64,000 nt of DNA from the human T2T-CHM13v2.0 reference genome, Homo sapiens, in NCBI RefSeq assembly GCF_009914755.1, contig NC_060925.1. One strand, given 5' to 3'. This document shows positions 14,497-29,535 of the stretch, piece after piece; position 1 is the first letter of the stretch, and the number at the start of each line of letters is the position of its first letter. Made by a program: the position numbers and the translations under genes. The notes below the pieces were generated by a model. That model ran no database searches, was not told the origin of the DNA, and saw only the letters and a program-made list of their open reading frames with translations.

Positions 14497-17400
14497 AAAA
14501 AGCAGATATTTTGGTCAGAGGCGGGCTCAAAATCCCTTGTGGGTTGAGTACAGGGATCATAGTACATATATGAACACATCCTCTGCCTACACATTAGCCT
14601 TCCTGAAAATCAAGAAAACAGACAACTGTCAAACAAAGAAAGGCAGTGGTCGTTGGAGTGTGTGTGTCAGCGGGCAGGGGGATAAGGGTGCATTTACATG
14701 CATGTGCGCCTGCGCGTATTAGAGAGGAGGGACTTCCAACTGGCTACTGTTCCTCAGCTTGTTTCCAAGAGATAAAAATGACAGCTGTTTGGCTTAGATA
14801 ATTAACCTGAGGAATGCGCTGTGTAAGACTGTTATTAAGGCAGCTGGGCAATTAAGTTTTTCCCCAGAAAGGGAGGGAATGGGGGATAAATAAAGCATTT
14901 AGGGGAGCAGACACAACACTGGAGGAGACATTGTCGGGAGCAGAAATCAGGGATGGAAAGCTTTCCGGCAAATCCGCTGGTTCTTGAGGAATGCGTGTCA
15001 TCCCAGAGATGACCGAAGGGCATGGTGCAGCCCCTGCCTTCACACGCCCTGAGAGAGGACAGTGGACTCTCAGGGTCACACACAGCCCATCTGTCTCTGA
15101 GAAGCAAGCTGAGTGGCCAGCGCTGAATAAACGGCAAAGGTTGACTAACCCAGCTCCTTCACTTCACACATGGAAAAATGGTGGTTTGGTGAAGAGCCCT
15201 GACTTTCACAAGGCCACATCCCTGTTATTAGTGTCAAAACCAGAACCAGAATGAGGGAGTCCTCACCCCCAGTCTGGGGTGACTTCACTAACCATGACCG
15301 CCTGTGGATTCTTCAACAGCTCACTCTAAGTCAGATTGGCACCGATCACCTTGGGAGGCACAGAGGAGGGCAGCCCAGGGATGGGTGGATTTTAGTGAGG
15401 TACGCGAACGCATGTCCTGATCAGGGAAGAAATGCTCAGGAGTGTGATTTGCAGATGGGGCAGCCTCTGCATGTGGATGCAGCCACCAGGAGGCAGGCAG
15501 GAGAGAAGGGTTGGATAGAACAGTTTGCATCTGCCAGGCACTATGCTGGTGGTCACTTTACACATTCTTTTATAGAGTGCTCATGACAACCACTGAAGCC
15601 CATTTTTCAAATGAGGCCAACGGATAGCACAGAAGTAAATGAGGGCAGGGAAGCATCACAGAATCGCAGACATTTTCATCCATGCCTTGAGATTGAGGGA
15701 ATAATAGTGCAGTGAGTTTTCCTAGAATCCATCTAGGAGCTGGAAGAAAGAAAGCAAGAGGCCAGGGTGATGGGACTACAGCTTCAGGCCATTTTGGCAA
15801 AGAACAGCCTTGTCCCAACCACAGACAGTTAATGGGTCATCAAAGCAGATGAGCCCAGAAGGGCAAAGTTGGGGAGGCAGAGAAGATGCCATAAGGCAAA
15901 GCTGGCCAAGACCTATGTCCATTGCAAGGGTTGCAACATGGACCCGGAATTTACAGAAGCAAGCCCTTGAGACCAGTGGGATTCAGCAACTGAGACAGAA
16001 TTGGGTGGAGGAGGTAACATGCAAACAGGCTAAGACTGGTCCACAAAAAGGAAGCCACACTTGGAGGAAGGGAACTAGGAGAGACAATTTTGGAACTAAA
16101 AGGAGTCTCTACTGCTCCTGTAACTCCATTCTGCTGAGTCGCCCTCTGTTAGTCGGCTGGAACTGGGTTGGGGAGTGGAGTGAGCAAGGCAGAAATGTCC
16201 AGGGGTCATAAATCTCCACCCCATTGTCCTTGCATTCATGGCACATCAGTAGGATGTGGCACAGAAGAATGATCTGGTCCTGGGCTCAGGGCTCGCTATG
16301 TCATCCCTGCATGGAGATAGAACAGAGGCACTAGCCAGAGGCCTTGGCTTCAGGGAAGTGTGTCTGTGGGAGTGGGAACTACTAGAGAGGGGTGATAGGG
16401 AAGGGTGAAGGGAGAGGCAGTAGGAATACAGCATTGCATTCGGCCAGCCTCATTTCTGGCTGTGGCTGTCCAGTACACCCCCTATCTCTAACTACTCAGA
16501 AAACTCAATACACGATATGTTTCTCTCGGAAGTCTAAGATCCCAGCACACAACCAAACCCTCCCAATAGCTCACAGGGAAAACATGAGCCACTTCATGGG
16601 TGTTATAAGAATTATTTGAGATAATTTATATAAAACTCTTAATATGATGCCAAAGACACATATGATATGCTTAATGAATTATAATTGCCATTAGTATCAT
16701 TTAATAACAAAATAAACAAAAACTGAAATTAGAACTCAGCAGAATTAAAACCTGAATTTCTAATTCTTATCATGCAGCCACCAGAGCACCCAGAGAGGGT
16801 TCAGGGTACATCTGTCCAGAGGACAAAAAGGGAGTCTCTATGCCTTTAGTATCTATCTTCATTGCTGGAACCCATGGCCTCTGCAAAGGGTAGGCATGTA
16901 GTAGTGAGGGAAAGAGAAATGAAACAAGACAGAGAGGTGGAAGATGGGGGAGAGATGCTGATTGTCAGCAGTCGGCTCATTGCCAAAGAATGTTAGGGAA
17001 AAGGAGGGACCCTAAAGACCATCTCATCTAATACTCACTTACAGAAAAGGACAGCGAGGCTTACACAGGGGTAATCTCTTGCCCAAGGTCACACCTCAAG
17101 TCAGTGGCAGACCTGAAACTACACACTACATGAAAGATACTCCCTGCTATCCTCTATTCTTTCCAAAAGGCTAGATAAATTTATTCCCCCTTAGAAAAAA
17201 AAGAAGAAACAGCCAGTGCTTCTCAGCTTTCACAGCAGAAAAATAGCTGAGATTTATCCATCCCCAGGGTTGCAAAAGTCTAGACTCTGTTTTATAAGCA
17301 CCCTGTTTTGCTCTCAAGGGGCTACTTAGGAGCAGAGAAGACAGCTGGCTTCCTGGGGCATCAGAGAGGCAGAGGGCAGGCCAGTGTTAAGCCAAAAGCC

Positions 17401-18593
17401 CCAGGCCTGGAGGAGGAGAAACTTTTCAGACAGGACTGGGATCAAGGGTACATCCCAACATAGGGGTCTCTGACCTCTCCTTGCCTCCCCTCCCAAAATG
17501 CAAGTCAGCCTGAGAAAGGAAATCGGCAGAGGTCTCCCTGAAATTTTTAGATATGGGCTCATAATTTGGAGGTTATGGGTGGAGGGAACAGCCAAAATCA
17601 CTCTGTTGCCTAAAAAAAAAAATTTTTTTAATTTTTATTTTTTTAAAAATTCAATACTCAATACTGCCAGGTCCCCTGATGCTCATGGAGTAATCTAGAC
17701 CCACAGGGAGTCCTGGCTAGGGCTGGCCATCTTACCCAACCCTGTCAAATGAGCTTCCCCACATCCAAGTGGGTGAGATGCAAAAACCACAGCCATCTCT
17801 GCTCAGCAACTCCAGTCATTTCCCTATACCATCTGTGCTAAAATAGCCAAGAGAACACAGGGACTAGAAGGGCAGTGAAGCCCAGAGGCCATATCAGATA
17901 CCACCTTCCACAGCCCAGAAGACAAGGGCAGCCTGGAAAGGGGATAGATAACCCCGGTCTCTTTCCCCAAAAGGCTACAGCAACTCGGGACAAATCACTC
18001 CCTTATCCATTCCCTTGTTCAAGCAAAATGCTAAATGAGGCAGCTGGTAGACAAGAAAACACTGAGTGATTTCAACTTTGGTAAAGAAAGATTCCCCCCT
18101 GTTGAGGGCAAACAAAAAGAAAACCAAAGTTCCTATAAAAAAAGACCCAGAGACAAATTAGAAGAAAAGTTTGTAAAAGCCATGACTAACAGGCAATGTT
18201 AGTCATAGCTCAAAGCATCGTGTTTCTGGATTTGATCCAACTTACATCTGAGCCTCTGACCCTGCTGGATAAGCTTAAGTCACTTCCTCATCTATCTCAC
18301 TGACCATGGCACAGCTCAGTTCCTGCCATGGCAAGAACACAGTTCGGCCCACACATCCCAGCACCAAATAACACATGAGGCTCCATACACATAAATGGCC
18401 AGTGTTTGGCCTATTTGCCTATTCCCAAGACTTGAAAGACTATCCTGCCCATGCCCAAGGACTGAGAAAAGACTCCGTGTCATCTCAGAGAGATAAGAGA
18501 GAAATGAGCTATTTAGTTAATTCTGAGTACATTTCCTCTTGCCCAACCAACAGGTAAATTCCTTAGAGGCAAGGATCTGGCCTTATACTTTTA

Positions 18594-18950
<357 letters not shown>

Positions 18951-19678
18951 TCAGGGAAGCTGACATTAGCAAGATTATATCCTTTCCCTCACTCAAGCTT
19001 CCACTCGCTGCTGGCAGTAATAATTGCAGTATTGATACTGTTATATTTTGAAAGTTGATTTCATATTCCAGAACTCAAAACTTGAAAAGGAGAAGAGGAG
19101 AAACACTGGCAACCAAAAACCATAGATGACCCTAAAATATGGCTTTTAGAACCAGACTGGAGACATAGACTCGGCCATCATGACAAGGTCCGCAGCTCTT
19201 TCCACCTGCATTGTGGCCTCTGTCAGCAGCCCAGAGGAGGGCTGACTGCTGAGCCATTGGCAGAACATTAAGAAAGGCCTGCATTTATTCTGCTCCTTTA
19301 TCTTCAAAGCTGCCCCAGCCATACTTTGTGAGTGCCCAGCTACAATTCACTGGAAAACAGGAACTTAAGCCACAGTGGCTCTGGAACCAGCTTGAGAAAG
19401 GATGGGAAACTGTGGAGAGCACTCAGGAAACCACAAACCACCCTCGGCTGAGAATAAGAAGACATTTGGGAGCCTTTCCAGAGTGGCAGAGAAACTTCTT
19501 CCCCAAAGGCCCAAAGGAATGGGGAAATCTCACAGGTGTCCCCAGTAGACAAGTATTCCCAACTGAAGGGACTACAGGTGACAGGTGATGCCCACACTTT
19601 GGTAAACTCTCCTTCTCCCTGTGGCTGTTGCCTCCCTGCCATATAACAGGGCCTGGAAGGATGGGAAGGGGTACTTAC

Positions 19679-19706
19679 CAAAACACAAGAGGAAGAATGG
19701 TCTCAT
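19679..19706 (-). CDS. LAMB3: LAMB3 exon 2 coding part (MRPFFLLCF); the full exon spans 19679-19743 with 37 nt of 5'UTR
   Basis: ATG at 19706-19704 in context GAAGATGA. Acceptor TCCTAG| at 19744, donor TTG|GTAAGT at 19678. Confidence 0.96.
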
Positions 19707-20180
19707 CTTCAGCCAATGGGGTGATCCCCAGAAAGGACCTTTCCTAGGACACAGCAAAGCAAACTGGGTACAACAGTGCAAACCCCTAGAGCACACTAGC
19801 CCTTTTTCTTTTCTGTTTCTAGACTCAAGTATTTTTCAGAAGTCTTTACCTAGGGTCCTGATCTAGGACACTTGGAGCAGCAGATACATTTGTAGCTTGG
19901 AAAATGCTGGAGCTCTAGACCCTTGTCTCAAGTGGCATGTGACTCACAGGGTGCCCTGGGAAAATCCCATCCCTTCCCAGACTCCAGCTTCCTCCTCTAA
20001 AATGGATGGGAAGGAGTGTGGACCCTGCCCTACCCCACACAGCCGTAAGGACAACGTGGGGAGCAGGAAAAGGCTGGACCCTTTGCAGGAGAAAAGCTGT
20101 AGAAAGGGCCAAGACCTAGTTCCTGCCCCAAGAGAGAGGGCTGGCTTTTCTCAGGGCCTAGACCAGCAGCCTCAACCCAG

Positions 20181-20203
20181 CCCCGCCCAAAGTGAATGAG
20201 TCA
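20181..20203. promoter_or_regulatory. GC box plus AP-1 site in LAMB3 intron 1
   Basis: CCCCGCCC at 20181-20188 and TGAGTCA at 20197-20203. Further AP-1 heptamers at 19940 and 21906. Confidence 0.5.
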
Positions 20204-21010
20204 GAGTGGCTGACGGCCTGGAGGCAAACCTTCTCCTGTCACGGGCATGGCCTCCAATACCATTCAGGGCCACTTTGAGTTTGAGGCTCTGTGCCCACAA
20301 TTCTGGGATGCAACAGGGAGAGATGTATGGCTGTCTTTAACAAGTGAGTGAGGGTTTCTTCTGAAAGGGAAGCAACCCAAAATGTCTTCAATGATGGGCT
20401 GGGGCTCGACAAGAGGGGTGGGGCTGGGAGGCCACAAAGCAGGGATTCTGAAGGAGGCTGGGGAAGGATGCTCGAAAGCCACCGTGGGGTCCCAGAGGCA
20501 GGCCTGCCTTGTGGAAACATGCCCCACCCTTGCTCATGCAGTGACCCTTCTGCCTTGAATTGGATGTTCACTCTGTTCCAATGACAGCCACAAACTCTTT
20601 TGGCTGGGGTGGAGGGCTGGGGGCTTGGCAAGGCAGGGGCGGGGGGGGAAATTGAGGACATTTCTGGCATCTTTAAATTATAGATCCTAATGCTTCAAAA
20701 TCATTCCTTCCAATCCCTCTCCTAAAAGAGTCATGGGCCCAGGGAGGGAACATGTGGCCTGGGGTCCCACAGCTAACGATGGCCTAAGAGAGACCCATCT
20801 TCCGACTTTCATCCAGTGCTTTCTCAGCTTTCCCACCCCTGACTGAAAATCCCCCTGCAAGTAGGCATTCTGAGCCAGGCCAGCCCACCCTTCTCACTTC
20901 TCTTTTGTGCTCAACCCCGGATCTGAACCTGCTTTCTTCTAAGCCACTGAGGTGCTTATCAAATGTGAAAAAGAAATCAAAACTGTAGCAGACATTTTAA
21001 CCTAGCTCAC

Positions 21011-21090
21011 CTGAGTGAGCTCCCAGGAAGAGGAATAAATCAGGCCCTGAAACCAGGCCCCAGGCATCCAGAGATACAGTCCTCCTCCCG
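21011..21090 (-). other. LAMB3: Candidate alternative LAMB3 non-coding first exon / alternative donor
   Basis: Near-consensus donor CAG|GTGAGC at 21010, 120 nt downstream of the exon 1 donor. The 5' boundary cannot be determined from sequence. Confidence 0.5.
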
Positions 21091-21130
21091 CATCCGGCCC
21101 GCACCAGGCAGGTAAAGACAGGTAACATAC

Positions 21131-21187
21131 CTTGCTGTGTGTTCTGCCGTTCTTTCTCCAGATCGCCTGAAAGCTCCTCTTGAATGT
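21131..21187 (-). other. LAMB3: LAMB3 non-coding exon 1 (5' end approximate)
   Basis: Donor CAAG|GTATGT at 21130. A TATA-like TTTAAAAA lies about 30 nt upstream. The sequence matches my recollection of the LAMB3 5'UTR. Confidence 0.8.
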
Positions 21188-21212
21188 GGGGGTCTCCCCT
21201 CCCGGCTCCAGG

Positions 21213-21220
21213 TTTTTAAA
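21213..21220 (-). promoter_or_regulatory. TATA-like element of the LAMB3 promoter
   Basis: TTTAAAAA on the minus strand in an otherwise GC-rich context, at the expected distance from exon 1. Confidence 0.55.
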
Positions 21221-24200
21221 CAACAGCCTCACCTCTGGAGACTCCCTGGCTGGGTGTAGCCCCACCGCAGGGCGGGTCTCAGGAATCTGGCAGCCGTCAC
21301 ACCCATCTGTCGTCACTGCACCCCCACCTCCCAGGACGGGACTGGGCAAGTGGGTTGGTCGGTCGGTCCCAGAGTTCTTGTAGTGAGCTCCACAATGCCC
21401 ACCTGCCTGTGGGGGCTGCAAGGGGCCCCTCAAACAGAAAGCACAAGGCACATGTAAGTGATCATCAGAGACCAGAATTCACAGGGTGGGGAAGGGCCCT
21501 TGCATTTGTGCCAGGCAATGAACTCAGCATTTTCCCAAAGCCAGCAGGGGTCAGCTTCTTCTTGTGACCTGGACCACCCCAGACAGAAGATCAGGCAGAG
21601 AACACAAAGATTAGGGCTTATATAGAGAGTTAAAGCTCCAGACATATCACCGGGCTGGAAGGTGAGAAGACTCAAACATCCAGGACCCTGGAAAGCACCA
21701 TTCCCCTCCCCAGTGAAAAAAAAAATGAAAAATCCCAGCTTCTTGGGGCATTTGGAGGATCCTTAAAAGGCAAGGTTCATCAGGAAGGATTCAAAGCTCA
21801 ACTCATCCAAGGAAAGCTTAAGAGAAATGAGCAGAGTAACTAAATGGCTCGCCTCCAGCTCCCTCCACAGGGTTGGCAGGGAGCCCTGGGACAGGTAGCT
21901 GCCTGTGAGTCACTCCTCCCACCTGTGGGGAGGGTTAGTCTCCTAGCCCCTCCCTCCCTAGGCAGGAATGCCCGCCTGGAGGGCCAGAAAACAGACCTGA
22001 CCACAAGTGGTGGAAGGAAAGGCTGAAGCATAGCTTGACTGACAAAGTCAAAACAGACTTTCCCTGGCCTCCTGCCAGGCCTGAGAACACAGCTTCTTTT
22101 GTGGGCTCCTTGCTCAGGGATCCTGGGCTTCCAGCCACTGTAAATGGAAGTGGCAGGTCCAAATTGAGAGGCTGGTCTCACAGGACACTCTTTCCCCCAG
22201 GTTAGGGTCAGAGAGCTTTTAGGGAAACCTGGAGGGTCAGCCAGTCCATATCTTGGCCCTGGAGAGCCTGCACTGGCACCGTTTTGGAATGCTAGGACCT
22301 CAAAGCTACTATTTAAAGGAGCTTCTTAACTACGATTCCACTTTGTTAGTGTCTCCTAAACAGAAAGTTCTCCACCATTGGAGGGTTATGTCCAAGAAAT
22401 TGGCTTGAAGACCCTTAAGGGGGAAATGTAGAATTTTGTGGATTAAATTGGGCATTTCTAACCCTCAGATTCGAATTAAGCATAAGTTCAGGTAGGCAGA
22501 AGAAATAGTGTAATTAGCAAGTGGGCAGTGAGTTGTTGATGTAAGTTGATGCATAATTGATAGTCCAATAAATGTTAGAGTCTTGCCCCCTGTAAGCATT
22601 CCAGTGAAATCTAGCTCAACTCAGCAAGTAAGGTCAGTAGAAGCAGTGTCCCTTCAACACAGAGAGACCTCCCTCAAGTCCCCCACCGAGAAAGGTCAGC
22701 TCTGACTCTGACACACCTGTGTTTTCAGTTCTCCCACCTGGTGGTCTCTTTCTCTCCACTTCCCCAACTCCCTGAACTCAGAGCGCTCATGAAACTTTCG
22801 CCCTCTGCCCATCACCAGAGGATGTGACAAAGAACTCATTAATAATTAACTCAGCAGAAGAGAGCAGGTGTTGCAATCCCAGATCCTCAGAGGAGAAAAG
22901 GCAGGGCAGGTGTGCGGTGGGCCTCACCATGAGTAGCTGGGGCCCCTTAAATCCTCCTCCTCCTCCCTTTATCTGAGGCCATGAGCCCAGGTAAATACAC
23001 ATTCGGTGTCTCAGACTTCACAGGCTTGGGCAGGTCCTGGAGTGGTTTGGCTTCGCAGGAGGGACATGCCAATTGCTGTGCTTGGCTCTCCCCTACACTC
23101 CCGGCAAAGTCCAGGAAGCTGTTTATGCAGACCCCCAAGAGCAGCCCAGCCAGCCTCACTCCTGAGGGACACTGATCATTTCCAAGTGGGGATCCAGTCC
23201 CCCAAGAACTCCAGGGCTCCAGGCACAAGCTCTGGAGCTTCAGAACCCAATTTGTTCAGTCAAGTAGCCTAAAATAGAGCCTGAGGCCAGATCAGGGTCC
23301 AGCTAAGATTAAAGGGGTGTGGTACTGTGGCTGGAGCCCCTCAGCCTCCCCTGTGTGCACACCTTTCCTCTCTCCCTGCGCCCATCCTCCTACAACAGAG
23401 CACTTATCTGCCCTAGAGCCTTGACTTATTAGAATGTGTGCTCAGGAAAGTGGCTAGTGAAGTCATCCCAGACTTCAGTATCTTTCAAACCTCATCACTC
23501 CATCAGCAAATTCGGTCAGCTCTGCCTTCCAATAATAATCAGAATCTACTTCTTCCCTCCTGGCCTGAGCCTCTTTTCCTGGGACGTCTGCAACAGCCTC
23601 CTCACTGATATACAGTCAAGTCCCAACACAGCAGGTTATGCACCCCGAGCTCAGAATCTTCACATGCCCCTATCCCACTCAGGGCCAAGGCCAGAGCTTT
23701 TTCAGAGTCTAGGGGACCCTACACCACCTTCCTCCCATTACTCTTCACCTCTACTACAATGGCCTCTATCCCTGTCTTAGCTCAGGCTTAGGGCTTTGGC
23801 TCCAGCTGCTTCTGCTGCCTGGAACGGTCTTGCCCCTGGATATCTACAAAGCTAACTCTCTGACCTCTTTCAAAGTCTTTGTTCAGATCCTAACTTCTCA
23901 ATGAGGCCTATCCTAAACACACTATTAAAATTACAGCCAACTTCCCTGCCCCATCCCTGTCCCCCATCCTAACACTCCTAACCCCACCTACCCTATATTT
24001 TGGTGAGTTATTTATTTACTTATTTGGTAGGGGGGCATCATGTACCAGCTTCTAACCAACTATATAATTTATCTGCTTATGTTTATTTTCTGTCTCTTCC
24101 CAACTAGAATGTAATATCCAAGAAGGCAGAGATTTCTATCTTATTCACTACTGTTTTCCAAGTGCCTGGCACATAGTAGGTGCTCAATACTTGTGGAATG

Positions 24201-25180
24201 AATGGATCCACACTAAAGTACAAACAATTGATACAGTTCAATGCATCCCCTGTGCCGTTGATGTGTAGTTGCATTCTCAGAGGGGACAATCCAGGCTTTG
24301 GGCACTGGGATGGATTACTAATAGTGGAAATTCCTGTATCAGCCAGAGTGCGGAGGTCTTTTTTGAGGCACCTATCTCCAATTACAGAAATGTCACCATA
24401 TTGACAGAGGCAGTCTCCTTCTTTGCCTGCTTCTCAGTCATTCCTGGCAATGTCTCTGACAGGGTGTGGGGGTGGCATTATAAGCTACTGTGTCTATTAT
24501 CCATCTGTCAGGCTCAAACCGTCCAAGTCGCTAGGGAGATCAGCCAAGATCTGATCAATCAGAGATCAAGGGATAGGGAACAAAGGAAGGAGAAAAGGAG
24601 GAAGAAAAGGAGAGAGAAGAGGTTCAGGGGGCATAGGAGAACCTGGTCCAGGCTGTGACTCTCAGGTGTTGGAGGAAGGGGCACCAGGTGACTCAAGCTC
24701 AGGCCACACCTGAATACAGTGAATCATGGCTGAGTCCTCGTCTGTGGGACAGGGTGGACTCCAGGAACGGCCCTGGGGATTTGCCATGTGACTAAAGCTT
24801 GCGTTGCCCTGCACTACAACACAACTGCTCAGCTGTCCAGACAACTGGTCACACTCTTCTCTGTGCCTCCCCAGGAACCAGGGAGAGAAAGTGGGCCTGG
24901 TGTGTTACGGAGGCACAGATAGGAGCCCAGCCTCAGGAGAGGGGAGGCTAAGCAGGACAGAAGTCGCCTGTCATGAGTGACTCTTCCATAGCCCTTCTCC
25001 TCTCCCCACCCTCACCTATCCAACCTGAATGTTTACCCAGTGGACAACTGTGCATGCAGCTTGAGCCCGAGGACTGGGAGCAATCAGGCAATCGGCCTAA
25101 AATCACTACAGCTGATATCTGCTGAGTGCTTGCTGTGCCCAGGCACTGTTCTGAGCCCTTTGCATGTATCCACTCACTTA

Positions 25181-25801
<621 letters not shown>

Positions 25802-27997
25802 CTAGGGGCTCCAGGAGTGACACTGATGCTGTAGAGACATCTAGAACAAACCCCACCAGGTGCTACCTCCTTATTTGTTTTCCTTATTGACAACCTCTCT
25901 TCTATGGGCACAGATGGAGAAGGTGCTGGCCTCCAGTTCTTCCATCTCAGAGGCTCCAGCACATACCAGCAGGGTTTCCTCCTTCATACCAACAGGGGTG
26001 GCTCTGACTAAGGACAGGAGCACGCCAGGAGGCGTGGACAGAAGGTGACCGCAACATTCTGGTGAGCTGACAAGGTGAAGCAGAGGACGTGACGAGAGGA
26101 TGACACAACTTCCCCTTTGCCAAAGGAAGGAGATCCCCTGCCCTGAGGTCAAGAGCCTGGGCCACCTCACAGGCTACAGCTCCTTCTGCTCTGTCTCCCA
26201 GTGTGCCCTCCAAATGGCCCAGCCCTCCTGAGGGGTACAGCCCAGTACAGCCTACAGCCTGGTGGAGCCATATGCTGGCCCATGGCTGGCTGGCTCCCAG
26301 AGAAGACAGAAGAATCTTTTCATTCTTACCACCTCCATCCCCTCCCATATTTCCTGACATTCCTCTGGCAGACAGGCTGGCCCATCGCCACACCCCCTCC
26401 TCTAACCCCAGTCACCTCTGTCTCTATTCTGTGATTCTATTTGGTCATTGACCTCTGGGGATTAGGTTATTGGGATCTAAGTCCGACCTTTATGACCTTT
26501 GGATAACATTTGCCATGTGTAGTTGGCCATGTGGCCATGGTCCAGCCTCCATGAGAGGAGAGAGACATACAGCTGTCTGAAGGGGCACATAGCCACGTGG
26601 CATGGTGGGTCTGACAGGTCGGGAGCTTCTGGGGAAGAAGAAGGGAAAGCAATGGCTGAGAGCGAGCTGGGGCTTTTGTGTCCTGAAATCTGCTCTTGAA
26701 GCTCTCACAGGGCTGCCCCACAGGACTTTCAAATTCTAAATATGATCCCTGAAAGGGCTACTAGACAGACAAACTAAGTGTCCTAACACGTAGTTTAAAT
26801 TGGCATTAGTTTAAATTGGCATTTGATGGCTGAGTATGGAGAAATAAGCACCTTGTGGTTTGATGGGGAAGAGAGAATGGGTGCGTCTGGCTTCTTGTCT
26901 GGAATCAACACCACCTAAGGGCTTTTAATCAGCACCTGCCCACAGCGCCTGTGGCTACACCGGGGTATGTGTATGGACTTGACCGTAGCTCTGCTCTGCT
27001 ACTCAATAGAATTGTAAACTTGGGCAAAATCCTCTCTGAACCTCTGTTTCATTATTTATAATTAAAGGTATTAGATTCTAATGGTTCTTACTCAGGCTGC
27101 CCCTCAGAATTACTTGGAGAACATAATATATCACATACCAAGACCAGGCCTCACCCAGAGAATTATTCACTGGCAGACGGGCAGAGACATATGTTTTTCA
27201 AGCTCCCTAGATGATTCTAATGTGCAGCCAGGGTTGGGAAACACTGAAGCCCCCTCCAGCTATAAGATGCTGTGCCCTCAGGGTGGGGTGGTGCAGGACA
27301 GTTGTTAAAAGCCTAGACTTGAGAGATGAAGGCTCAAGTCCTGGTTCTGCACTCACTATCTGTGTGACTTTGGACAGCTCGTTTAATCTCCGATAGTCCC
27401 ATTCCTGCAATGGGAATAATGACAAATCTACCTCATGGATACTGTGAAGATTAAAAGAAACATGCATAATTGTCAGCAAAGTGCCTGGCTAGGGCCATGC
27501 TCTACAAAGGGTGTCTGACCCCATGTGTGCTTCACACACAGGTATTGGGGGCTATGATCAGCAGTCTTTGCAGCTGCTAACACAAAGCAACTAACACTCC
27601 CATCCAGATGGCTCATAAGTCACTCACTGGGCAATGAGCAGGCTTGGGCCATTCCTCTTCTCCTCCTCCAGGGAAGCCCCAGGCCCCAAGCTGAGCATCT
27701 GTGCTTTGCGCATTCCACCTTATTCCTTAGGAGCTGTAAACTCCCCAGTAGCCATGACCTGGACCAGAAAGAAAGAGAAGACCCCCAGGGGGACCAGTCA
27801 GAGCTAAGCTGACTTAGTAGGAGGATGCTTCCAGCCTTGCTGGATAGGGAGAGACAATGGGTGTGAGGGGAGGGAGTGTTTACAAACACAGAGGACAGAG
27901 GACAGAGGGGCAAGTATCAGCTAATGGACTTATTGTTTTATGGCCTTCAAGAGTTAGTAAAACCAGAGTCCAACATCTGATTTAAAAAAAGAAAGAA

Positions 27998-28452
<455 letters not shown>

Positions 28453-29366
28453 TCAATTTAACTCTTTCCCTTTCAAACAGAATTCAAAATTGCCCCCTTT
28501 TGATCTAAATATCATAAAAAGATTTTTATAACTTTGGAAAATGTTTAGGAGGTACTACTAGCTGGCAGAAAAAAGGAAAAAAATTTACCCCAAAATCTAC
28601 TTCACTCTAAAGAAAGAAGTACTCAGAAAATAAATATAATGTTAACATTTCTCTTCCCTTTCTATTTCTCTGTGTGCTCTCTTCTTCCACAATGAGCGTA
28701 TTTTACTAGAATAATCAGTGACAGTAAGGTAAAAAGATTTAGGATGAGAAGAGTAAATCTTGTTATTACAAGTGATCTTTGATTAGTCATTCCTCTCTCT
28801 GCTCCCTCCTTGACCTGAATGCCCTTTCACTAAACCCACTGACTGCCTGAGAGTATGCTGTGTACGTTTTCTGCATCACTGCAGATTTTGTAAGATAGGG
28901 TTTTCCGTTTTCAAGAAGTATTGCTTCCTGAGGCAGGATTTGTTACGCCAAGAGAGCACTTAGCACAGTTCCTCAATAAATGTTGTGGGAGGAAGGAAAG
29001 AAGACAGGAAGGGAGGGAGGACTGAACACACGAGTAACTACCAGCACCTTATTTTCCTGCTTCCTAACTGCTTGTATGTATGAGGACAAACCAAAAAGAA
29101 AGAACTAGAGTCAATTCTCGTGTATCTACATTTTGGGAGAAAGAAGTAAGGATAACTAAAATTACTACTCTCGTCCAAATTTGCTTCTCCCATGGACATC
29201 TCCCAGGATAATGACTTTGATTTTTCCCATTGCTCACTCAGAACTCTGTACACCCAGCAGCTCATATTGTTCAAGTATAAATGTATATATATGCCCAAGA
29301 TTGTGATGTTATGTCTCTATGTCATATTTGTGTACTGTTTCCAACAAAAGACCATGACTCCTTGTA

Positions 29367-29535
29367 GCTAGGATTGCCAAATAAAAGAATCCCAGTTAAA
29401 ACTGGATCTCGGAATACTTTGTTGGTGTAAGTAGGTTCCAAATATTGCATAGGGAATACTTATACTAAAATACGTATTGTTTATCAGAAATTTTACTGAG
29501 ATTTCTGTCTTTTTATTTGCTATATCTGGCAACCT
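29367..29535. mobile_element. MER53-like MITE
   Basis: AGGATTGCCA...CCAAATATTGCAT...ATACTTATACTAAAA...TTTATTTGCTATATCTGGCAACCT with terminal inverted repeats. Confidence 0.7.
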
